Of a DNA stretch of 64,000 nucleotides, positions 40,101 to 49,300 are shown piece by piece. The notes under the pieces are model-generated. The model did no database searches. It saw only the letters and a list, made by a program, of their open reading frames with translations, and had not been told where the DNA came from. This DNA comes from a virus (Duplodnaviria > Caudoviricetes), in the IMG/VR virus record IMGVR_UViG_3300028591_000072, positions 160,001 through 224,000 of that record; one strand, written 5' to 3'. How positions within the stretch are numbered: the stretch's first letter is position 1; each line of letters begins with the position of its first letter. Made by a program: the position numbers and the translations under genes.

Positions 40101-40642
40101 ACGATGTAATAACATGTGAGCCGTTTAATCACGTTGAAAATAATAAACCGACAGAAGAACAACCAATGTTTATCCCGGCGAATACTGTTGAAGAGGGGTA
40201 TAAGTTTTCAAACTGTGCTGATGATTTATATATTCTTGAATTGGCTGTCAAATACTATTTTCCTGATTATTCCGATGATTATGATAAATACATAAAAAGA
40301 GGGCAAAATTTGTATTATTCAAATGGCTTTATTATGAGGTCAGAAGATTATGATAAATATTCTGAATTTTTGTTTGGTTGCCTTAATGGATATCTTGCTT
40401 TTGCAAATATTCATTCTCAAGAAGAACTTGTTGAGCATGTTAGATATAATCTTGAGACAGGTAAATATATAAGGTATAATGAAAAGAATCCAATTACAGA
40501 TGCTGGATTTAAATGGCAGACTGAAATAGGTGGATTCTTATCTGAAAGACTTTGGACATTATGGGTTCAACATAATTTCAAGCAAGATAGGATTTATAAA
40601 CTTCCATATATTAAGATGGAACCCGATAATATGTACACCTAA
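37112..40642 (+). CDS. Four-domain glycosyltransferase polyprotein: GT4-like (GT-B) + DUF4422 + GT-A (Glyco_tranf_2_4/GT92-like) + DUF4422
   Basis: Domain 1: IGGPE...ETFCITAIE (Ex7E). Domain 2: LQVGA...DNVGDNISEKN...YWVWKN...YERL. Domain 3: EYVEYNKVLGF..LYDNN...DWIAFLDIDEF. Domain 4: LQVGA...DNTGDNISESN...YWIWKN...QYRR...FLSERL. Confidence 0.85.
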   Translation: MKTIGIYNFVFDERYIWDETNYEIGRIGGPEIWSIEVSNEFIKRGYTVYVFGNPINEHLSENGVHYVKCENFKKTCNDVKFDIIILSRTVECIDDIVGCENVYLMAHDTTIGGNFTVEKLDRIKKVFYKSDFQKEILSKKYMIPENKFYRTFEAIDQDRYDENLNVKKKNKMLFSSGTDRGMRYIVERIFYKIRKEVPDFELDLCGHFYGDVYPDFVKADGINVLGNISREELIKHQCESKIWIYPTHGYDSEYNRNDETFCITAIENAYAENACILGDWGCFSSTLEGYEYFVGNKLYNSKMEPMDYDNLEEFSDILANEAIMCLKNDEYREKVVNSSKSVVKKYTWKNAVDGFERLFNVYCKDVMVYVMSYKDTPYLIRDNIHKVLQVGASLSEDKFGDLFDNVGDNISEKNKFFLDATGTYWVWKNVEDYDYIGVEGYRKHFDLTKEQIVEILSEYDLIATCVKSSLSIYDHYRKFHIINDLNFCESIVKEKYPELSEKFSRFLRNEHKIYIGGNFITSHENFNEINSFIFDILFDIEKKYGFTKYEDWLEYAKKSGQNSIPPDHKKNGMTSEVYQSGVIGYLYERLFTFFVIENYNKIYEVQHAKLDMIFKHNNMKTLLCCIGRLENKYIREYVEYNKVLGFTNICLYDNNREGEDDFRDVIGDYIDSGYVILKNYRNITEPCQFKAYNECYAEYGNKYDWIAFLDIDEFIFLNNNKSINEFLSNPIFDGFDKIHLNWLLFGDGDNLYNNGKPLLQRITTPLDINLKTIYDFPDTFHIKPIIRGGLGKITYAQTVHTPIDKVKCCNSFGIECDPLSPIVPYDFRNGGILHFTTKTAEEYADKVNRGFCDGNKTDKKTLIELFFKRNKVTADKVELFKEKTGVDVSYLLPYDGEKSDDVKIYSLCYAKKDFKFIDDKVITPLQVGAANGTNVCELKDNTGDNISESNYFYIESTGTYWIWKNVKDAKYKGQMQYRRPLSGVNETMNFDEIFSKYDVITCEPFNHVENNKPTEEQPMFIPANTVEEGYKFSNCADDLYILELAVKYYFPDYSDDYDKYIKRGQNLYYSNGFIMRSEDYDKYSEFLFGCLNGYLAFANIHSQEELVEHVRYNLETGKYIRYNEKNPITDAGFKWQTEIGGFLSERLWTLWVQHNFKQDRIYKLPYIKMEPDNMYT

Positions 40643-40656
40643 TAATTTTATTAATT

Positions 40657-40665
40657 ACTATTTAT
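40657..40665 (+). promoter_or_regulatory. Putative late-promoter motif ACTATTTAT upstream of the gp25-like gene
   Basis: Ends 19 nt before ATG 40685. Confidence 0.45.
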
Positions 40666-40684
40666 TTAAGAAAAATATCATGTA

Positions 40685-41068
40685 ATGGGAATTGTTCAAA
40701 GGTATGGCATAAAATATCCGTTTACGTCAGATAATGAAGAAAATATTTTTTTGGATGTAAATAACACAGAAGCAGAAGGTATAAAATCAAAAGTTTTGCA
40801 TGTTATTTTTACTCCAAAAGGTCAAAAAATAAGAGACCCTGAATTTGGTACAGATTTGATAAAATATATTTTTTCACAAAATGATAGTGAAACATTGTCT
40901 GACATAAAAAAAGACATAAGTTCGTCAATAAAGAAATATGTTCCTGAGGTTGAGTTTAAAAACATAAATGTTTATAAAAATGATAGTAATGAAATTATTG
41001 TTACTATTGATTACAGTGTTAAAATTGGTAATAAAGTTGAATCAACAACTGTTGGTGTAAAATTATAA
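40685..41068 (+). CDS. Baseplate wedge subunit, GPW/gp25 family
   Basis: GIKYPF...IFTPKGQKIRDPEFGTDL..YIF...I...I.KYVPEV. Confidence 0.9.
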   Translation: MGIVQRYGIKYPFTSDNEENIFLDVNNTEAEGIKSKVLHVIFTPKGQKIRDPEFGTDLIKYIFSQNDSETLSDIKKDISSSIKKYVPEVEFKNINVYKNDSNEIIVTIDYSVKIGNKVESTTVGVKL

Positions 41069-41070
41069 AG

Positions 41071-43002
41071 ATGGAAAACGGTATATCATATTTAAACAGA
41101 AATTTTGCTGACTATAAAGAGGCTTTAATAGAATATTCAAAAAAATATTATCCTGATTTATCAAAATCATACGATGATGCATCTGTTGCGTCTTGGCAAA
41201 TTGATTTGGCTGCTGATGTTGCTGATAATTTGTCATATCATATTGATAGGGTATTTCAAGAAACAAATATAGATACTGCACAAGAGCGTGGATCATTGTA
41301 TTCAATTGCCCGAAATAAGGGCGTAAAAATACCTGGGCCAAAAGGCGCAATGGCGGAGATGAAGATAAGTTTTACGCTTCCTGTTGACAATAATGCGCCA
41401 AATTACGAATATGCTCCAATTGTAAAAAGAGGGACAAAATTTTCTTCTCCGACTCAGACATTTGAATTGCTTGAAGACATTGATTTTGCAAGCCAATTTG
41501 ATAATGACGGAAATAGTAACAGAACAATTATTCCAACAACTAACACAAATGGGGTTATTACCGGATTTACTGTTTCTAAACTTGCAGTTGTCACTGCCGG
41601 AGAAACTAGAATATACAGACAAGCGGTTAAATCCAGTGATGTTTATCCTTTTATGGAAATAATTCTGCCATTTGAAGGTGTTATGAATGTCGAATCTGTT
41701 TTGGTTGTTGACGGAACCGATTCAAGAATGTTGCCACCGTCTTATGGCGAATTTTATTCTGATGGATGTGAGAACAAATCAGAGAGATTTTATGAAGTTG
41801 ATAATTTGGCTCAAAATTTTATTTGGGACGATTATTTTGATAGAAACGGAAAGCCGGTAAGATATGTATATGGCTATAAAATAAACGGAGTTCCTTCTGA
41901 AACTGCAAATTATTGTATTACTAGGGGAGAATGGAAGCCTGTTGAAAGAAAATTTATAACAGAGTACATGGATAACGGATACCTAAAGATTATTTTTGGC
42001 TCAGGAAATGGAAATGTTAATAAATTTAAAGGTAGTAATATGGCTGAATTTTCAAAATGGCAAATGACTAGAATTTTAAACAATAATAATCTTGGTGTTT
42101 TGCCTTCTCCTGATACAACAATATTTGTTCTATATAGACTTGGTGGTGGAAAATCAAGTAATGTTCCAAAGGGTGCAATAAACAAGGTGTCATCATTAAA
42201 TGCTGAATTTAGGGGTTCGCAAGAGTGGGCTGATAAGGTATATAGGACAATGAAAGTTGAAAACACAACACCATCTGTTTCTGGAAAAGATATGCCTACG
42301 GAACGTGAGTTAAAATATCTAATAAAATACAATAATGGTGCACAAGAAAGATGCGTTACTGTAAAAGACTATATTGATAGAATTTTAAGGCTTCCTCCAA
42401 AGTATGGTACACCATTTAGGGTTGGTGTTATGGAAGAAAACAACAAAATTGCGGTTTATTTGCTTGGAATAAATTCTCTTGGTAAATTAGATGAAAGTTT
42501 ACCAATCACACTTGTAAAAAATATTGAAGATTATCTTAAAGGATATAGGATGATTAATGATTTTGTTGAAATAAAAAGCGGTAGAATTATTAATCTTTCG
42601 TTTGACATAAATGTGATTATAGATAAAAATTATGATAAAGCGAGCGTTGTGTCTGGAATAATTTCTAAAATAACAAACTATTTTGATGTGAATTCTAGAT
42701 TCATGGGTGATGAAATTTATATTGGTGATATTGAAAAGGAAATATCAAAGTCTGATGGTGTTCTTAATCTTATAAGTTTTAATGTTTACAATGAGCATGG
42801 GGCTGGTTATTCAACAACACAGATTGGACAGGAAACAATATCAATGAATGAATTCGATGAACAAATATATTATCTTGGCGATGGAGATGCCGATTTAATT
42901 GACACTGAAGCCAGTGATGGAATATTATATGGTGATGGCGATAGCATGTTTGAAGTTAAATATCCTGAAAAGGACATTAGGGTGAGAATAAAAGAAAAGT
43001 AA
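41071..43002 (+). CDS. Baseplate wedge protein, T4 gp6 / baseplate J-like
   Basis: YLNRNFADYK..L..Y...YYP, DNLSYHID...E..IDTAQ, IIFGSG, YRLGGG..SN and QERCVTVKDY. It follows the gp25-like gene. Confidence 0.88.
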   Translation: MENGISYLNRNFADYKEALIEYSKKYYPDLSKSYDDASVASWQIDLAADVADNLSYHIDRVFQETNIDTAQERGSLYSIARNKGVKIPGPKGAMAEMKISFTLPVDNNAPNYEYAPIVKRGTKFSSPTQTFELLEDIDFASQFDNDGNSNRTIIPTTNTNGVITGFTVSKLAVVTAGETRIYRQAVKSSDVYPFMEIILPFEGVMNVESVLVVDGTDSRMLPPSYGEFYSDGCENKSERFYEVDNLAQNFIWDDYFDRNGKPVRYVYGYKINGVPSETANYCITRGEWKPVERKFITEYMDNGYLKIIFGSGNGNVNKFKGSNMAEFSKWQMTRILNNNNLGVLPSPDTTIFVLYRLGGGKSSNVPKGAINKVSSLNAEFRGSQEWADKVYRTMKVENTTPSVSGKDMPTERELKYLIKYNNGAQERCVTVKDYIDRILRLPPKYGTPFRVGVMEENNKIAVYLLGINSLGKLDESLPITLVKNIEDYLKGYRMINDFVEIKSGRIINLSFDINVIIDKNYDKASVVSGIISKITNYFDVNSRFMGDEIYIGDIEKEISKSDGVLNLISFNVYNEHGAGYSTTQIGQETISMNEFDEQIYYLGDGDADLIDTEASDGILYGDGDSMFEVKYPEKDIRVRIKEK

Positions 43003-43030
43003 TGGCTTAATATAAATTGTGATTTTTAAT

Positions 43031-43055
43031 AGGGAGGATTATTTCTCCCTTTTTT
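43031..43055 (+). terminator. Intrinsic terminator
   Basis: AGGGAG-GATTATTT-CTCCCT followed by TTTTT. Confidence 0.75.
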
Positions 43056-43100
43056 GTTTATATTTATACTATTTTTCTTATATTTTAAAAAATAAGAATA

Positions 43101-43109
43101 ACTATTTAT
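43101..43109 (+). promoter_or_regulatory. Putative late-promoter motif ACTATTTAT
   Basis: Ends 18 nt before ATG 43128. A second copy, TATTTATA, starts at 43061. Confidence 0.45.
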
Positions 43110-43127
43110 TAAAGACAATATTAGATA

Positions 43128-43367
43128 ATGGGATGTGGATGTAAAACAAGTCAACAATTATCATATTTGCAAAAAAAATATGGCTATAAACTACCGGAAA
43201 GCAAAAAGACAAATATTAAAGATATGTTTCTTGGCGGCATAAAAAGCGTTTTTTTTATCATTTTTATGATTCCTGCTGTACCTATAGTTGTCATTTATTT
43301 GGTTATAAGAAATTTAATTACAAAAAAGCCTGTTGATATAAACAAAATTTTTAAAATAAAAAAGTAA
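43128..43367 (+). CDS. Small membrane protein with an N-terminal MGCGCK motif
   Basis: 79 aa, with one hydrophobic span of about 20 aa (VFFIIFMIPAVPIVVIYLVI) and a basic C-terminus. It ends 3 nt before the 2423-aa gene. Confidence 0.7.
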   Translation: MGCGCKTSQQLSYLQKKYGYKLPESKKTNIKDMFLGGIKSVFFIIFMIPAVPIVVIYLVIRNLITKKPVDINKIFKIKK

Positions 43368-43370
43368 TTT

Positions 43371-46300
43371 ATGGCAGATACTAATAAATCATATAGGATA
43401 AGAACAAGGATAGGTTCTGAAAATACCGATGAATACATCACTGTCAATGCGGACCTTGTACAAGATTATGACACATTTGAGGTTCTTTCAGTAAACATAA
43501 AAAGCAAGGATGCTTACAGTTTGCATAATTCTAATTATGGTGTCGTTGTTGGACGTGTTATTGCAAATAATGGATTTGGAATACCAAACGCAAAAATAAG
43601 TATATTCATTTCGGCTGATTCGAATGAAACAGGCGATATTAGTTATTTGTATCCGTTTTCATCTAGCGTTTCAAAGGATAGAAATGGCGTAAAATACAAT
43701 CTTCTTCCAAATGAAAGGGTTGATGGGTGCCATCAACAGGTTGGTACGTTTCCTTCAAAAAGGTATGCGCTTGATAATGATGTTATTCTTGAGGTCTATG
43801 ATAAATATTATACGTATACTACAAGGACAAATAATTCAGGAGATTATATGATTTGTGGCGTTCCTGTTGGTGCTCATACACTTCATATGGATTTGGACTT
43901 ATCTGATTGTGGCATTTTATCACAAAAGCCAAGGGATTTTGTTTATAAAGGATATACTATAGAACAATTTGAAAGTCCGACAAAATTTAAAAGTGGCACT
44001 GACTTCAATAATTTAAGCCAAATTTTCACACAAGACCAAGTTGTTAATGTTAATCCATTTTGGGGCAATAGTGACATTGGAGAAACAATTGGAATAACTA
44101 GGGCTGATATTGATGTTAATTTTAAATTTGAGTCAACTTGTGTGTTCATGGGGTCTATTTTTAGCGATAACTCGTCAAATGGTTTTTCAAAAAAATGTAT
44201 ACCAACAGAAAACATGGGCAACATGGAAGAATTGGTTACTGGTGAGGGAAAAATCGAAATGATTAGAAAAACGCCAGGAGGAAATATTGAACAATTTGTG
44301 ATAAATGGTAACAAATTAATAAATGCAAATGGCGTTTGGTGTTATCAGATACCAATGAATCTTGACTATATGGTCACAGATGAATATGGGAACATGGTTC
44401 CTACAGATAATCCAGAAAAGGGGCTTGCAACAAGGGCTTCTGTTAGGTTTAGAATATCAATGGAAGATACTGAAGAAAATACTGACAATTTCTTTAGGGG
44501 AAAAGTTTTGGTTCCGAATAATCCGCAAAAGGCAATAATTGAGAATATTGGGCAAAATGGAATAACGGCTTTTGCATCGGTTTCAAAGGAAAGTTATGAT
44601 TATGAATTTGGAACATATACAAAGGAAGATTCGTTTAGGGATTTGTTTTGGAATAATGTATATTCTGTCAAATCATATGTTCCAAGGATACAAAAGTCGG
44701 CAAATTGGAACTCAAAACCTAGATTTTCTGGTATAAAACATTGTCAAAATTACGGCCCAAACAATCCAATACCATATAATAACATAAGAATCAAATTGCC
44801 ACTTATGTTCGCTATAATGTGTGCATTGATTAAGGCTTATATTTTTATCGTTTCTATTATTAATACTGTTACTGTATGGATATTTAGGATATTAGCGTGG
44901 ATTGCGGATAATGTATATTCAGATTTATTTGAATGGCCCAATAGATTAGTTGGTAGAGTTGCCAATTCTATGTGCAATTTAAGACTTATTGTTTTAAAAG
45001 ATGGCCTTTGTCCTGATTTAGAAAATTGGTATTTTGCACCATCAATGAATACTGAAAAATCAAATACAAATCCATATTATTTTAGTGGATATACTTCCCA
45101 TGAAAAGATACAAGAAGGGTTTGCAGTCGCATATTTTGGCGGCTCTGCAAAACATGGCGAAGATGATGATGGGTATGACTATTCTGAAAATGGTTTTAAA
45201 AGTGGAATGACATTAATGGATTGCGATAACAGACATTGTACTGGAGGAACAGTTCCACAAAGTTTTGATGAAGCAAGAAAATCTGATAAATTATGTTGGT
45301 CTGTTAATATTATGGAAAGAACTTTAGGTTCTATTGCTTCTGAAGAATTTGAACAAGATGATGGTGTTTCAATAGATGCTGCAAATAACGAGGAAAAAGG
45401 AGTTGAACCTATTTGTATTACAAAAAAAACAGATTACCTAATTTCATGTATTGAGATGAATTTGGCTCAAGAATATAAGGTTATAAATTTTGATTTTTAC
45501 AATGACTGGATTAATGGTGCTATATATAATCCAAGGTGGGTTAGATATGTGAAGAAAAAGGTAAGGTTTCTATGGATTACTTGGGCAAATGAAAAGGTTA
45601 AGGGGTGTATGGATGATTCTAGAATTTTTTCATTACAAAGGTATTATGTACAACAATGTGCAATTGGATATGAGAAAAAAACAATAGATGGGTATAATAC
45701 AATCTCAAATGTTAGTAATCCGTTGACTAATCCAGATGATAAAAAAATTGTTGTTAGAAGTAACAATTTTCATAAAAAGCACGGTATGAAATTATATCGT
45801 GTATTCGGGTTAAATGGTGGAATATGCCATGAATTAACAACAACAAAGGGCCAAAAAGTATACTATTTGAAGCCTTGTGAATTTGATAAAAGCGGAAAGA
45901 AAGTAAACTTATTTGCAACGGATATAATACTTCTTGGCACATTTAATGATTGTGATATAAACGGGGTTCCAAAAACATTTCAACATTTGACGAGTTCGAC
46001 ATATATAATGCCAACAAACCTTGCTCTTACAAATATGGATACAAATGGTCCATTGTATGCTAAAGATAATGGAACAATCTGTTTAGGTAATGGTGAGGTT
46101 GTTGAAAACAATATAAAAGAAATAGAACAAACAATAAAAAGTGAGATAGAATATTATAAAGGGACTCAACAGGATATATCTCCACAAAATAGATTTATGG
46201 ATAATGAAACATTTGGTGATACAATGGCGATTACTGAGGCGGCTGGTATATCGTGGAATTATACAGGCCCATCACAAGGTAACATAGATGAGAAAAAAAT

Positions 46301-49300
46301 GTATTATCCTGGCGGCCATTTTCTTGGATTAAGTTGCGTAAATGCACAAACAAATATAAAAACATGCCTAAATTTATCTAGAATTTGTGAAATAGGAACG
46401 GAAATGTCTCAAAGAAAAGAAAATGTTCGTTCTGTTAATGAAAACGGGTTTTCTTATACATATTCTGTTCCTACTGGTTTCATTTCAGGAGATGATATTT
46501 CTGATGTTGATTTTAGGTCAATGTTTGCTACATTAAACAAAAAACGACTTAAGGCCACAAAAAGGAATAATTCGACTGGTTATAAATTTTATGATTTTGA
46601 ATTTTCTTCTCAAAGAAATTTTGACGGTGCATTTCGAGAACTTGTCTATGAGCAATATCCTGATGGAAATCCGTATAACATGAAAATTAAACAGGTTGAA
46701 GAAGATTTGTCTGAGTATGGAATAAGAAACGGAAATGACAGAAATGATTTCGATTCAGAAGAGGCTGATAATACTCAGACAAGAACAATGGAATCTTTTA
46801 ACCTTGACTATTATTTGTTTAGATTTGGTCTCACATATGATAAAGCGAATAAAGGTTCTGAAAAGTTTTTGATTCGTGAATATGATGATGAAAGTAAATC
46901 AAACAAATATTATTTACCTCAATATGAAAATAGTTTTTATTTTTATTTTGGACTTCAAAATGGAGCAACGGCTCTTGATGAATTTAACAAGCAATTTTAT
47001 GCAGAGTGCGATGAAATAAAAGTAAAAAAAGAGCCAAAACTGTTTTTGATAAGTGATATAACAAGTTTTTGTGAAGGAAAGGGTACAATACAAGCAATGA
47101 CTGAGGGTATATCAGTTCCTTATCAGTCAATTGAGGTTTATTGCCATGAGACAAAAGAAAAATATGTAATTGGCGAAAGACTAGAATATGATGCGGAAAT
47201 TGCGGTATTGAACCAAGAAACTTTCTATATTCCAAAAGAAGAAGAGTCTGCACATACGTTTGACTTTGGGAAATACACAGTGACTGTTACAGATGAAGAT
47301 GGAATTGTTGTAAGTAATGATGTTGAACTTGGGATAGATTTGTTTACATACAGTTATAGTGTTGTTAATTTTAATGTGAATTGCGATAGCGATAATTGGT
47401 ATAGTTCTGAAATTTCTGTTTTTGATGGCGGGTTTGTTGCTGTTGAGAATTTTTCGTCCGCATATAACGATGATAGTGTTGAATATAGATTTGAATTGAT
47501 GTCTGAAGATGAAGATTGGTATAATGGCGAATGGATGTCGGTACTTTATAATGATGCCGTTGACCATATTGTTGATGAAGAGCATGATATTGATTGGTAT
47601 GTGGCATTTGGTAGAAAAAAAGACATTAAGTATGGAATATATTTACGATATAAGTGCAAAGACTCTGACAATTTTGTTAATATTAGAATTGGGGAAGTTA
47701 AATTTAAAGATAATTCAGACGTTCAATTGAGAATAGGGTATAAAGATTCTGATGCGAATTTTGACCCGTTTACTAAAAATTATGGCGATATCATTGTTAA
47801 CCAATATCGTGATTGGTGGTGGGATTCAAATACTCTTGATATTGGTGCTGAATTGCATCAGGATTTGGATTGGAGATGGTTTTTGAGGAAAATGTTTTTC
47901 AAGCAAAAAAATGATGACACGTTTGATAGTAATGTTTTTGCTGTTGGTGGTAGAAAAGTTCTTTGGGGCGTTCCGCAATCAAGAAATATGGCGCAATTGA
48001 ATGGGTGGGACAGGATATATTGTTCTGACCGTATTTATGAGTTGCCAAGCGGAACATATTTAGATGATACTAGAACAATAACTCCAACTTATGGCACTAA
48101 TGTTTGTGGGTATGTGGATAGTGATGATTCTGATACAATGTCAAAGTCAGTAGGTGGAAATAAAGGAAACGGCACTTGTACTTATCATTATTGTGCACAA
48201 GCATATAATGGTACTGATGTGAGTGGGTATTTTGGATTTGCGTATGATAGAAACAATTATTATGGACATGGTAAATTGTTTGAAATGTGGAACGGATATA
48301 AATTTTTCCATGAGGGGTATGGATGTGTATTTAAACCTCTTCCGTTTGGAAATTTAATATTCTTCGAATATAATGGTGCTGATGATTTGCTTGAACAAAT
48401 AGAGGAAAGAACAGATACACTTTTTGGGGTTGTTTATCCAACTTTTATATATCCTGTAATCAAAAGGCCATTCTTTGCCAATTTCAAAATGGTTATATGG
48501 AATGAGAATGGAGTTGCTAGTAAAATTAGCGATGATGGAGAATATATTTTATCAAATATCAATAAAAACTATGGCGCAAAAATACTTCTTAATATACGAA
48601 ATGGTATTACATATAATAGAAAGTTTTCCCAAATTGAATTTTTTGATGAAAACTTAGAAAATGTTTCTGTTGAATACGGAGATACACATGGGCTTGGTGA
48701 AACGTCAAGTGAAGATAGAATCCATACAATAAATTGGTATAAAAATATTTGCTTTGACACTTTTAATCAAGGTGAATATAACAATAGTATAGATTTACAT
48801 ATAACCGAAGGGTATCCGGAAACATTAGGTTATAATTATGCGAATGGGTATCATTTGAATAAGTCATATGATTTTTTGGAAAATATTGTTTATGGAATTG
48901 AAGGCAATAAAATAACATTTGCAACGGCGTTAAACGATATTGAAAACAATGTTGAGTATTATGTGGGGCATTATAACCTATCATCTGACGGAATAGAGTT
49001 TTTATCTACAAAATCAATTTATTCTGATGATAAATATGCATGCACCTCAACTACAAGTACATTGTATAATGTCGTATTATGCGTTGCTGGGTGTAAATTC
49101 AAAGAATCTGAAAATATTCATGTTAGCAAATGGTATAGGGATGTGTTTGTTGAACTTTATGGATTTCATAATTATACATGGGTCATTAAATATGAATATA
49201 AAGACGCATATGGAACTGAACAAGAATTTACTGATAGTTTTTACAGCACAAAACCGTTAAATGGGGTTTTAGATTCGATTTATAATGGTGAAACATTTTT

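Noticed and set aside
26068-40642. Island as contaminating or chimeric bacterial capsule locus
   Set aside because: It is tightly joined to phage genes on both sides (6 nt after nrdG, 42 nt before the gp25-like gene), contains a phage fibre gene and lacks wzx/wzy/wza. Read mapping would be the definitive check.
43128-43145. MGC N-terminus as a myristoylation/palmitoylation signal implying a eukaryotic giant virus
   Set aside because: The gp25/gp6/gp53 baseplate genes, NrdD/NrdG, operon structure and intrinsic terminators indicate a bacteriophage.
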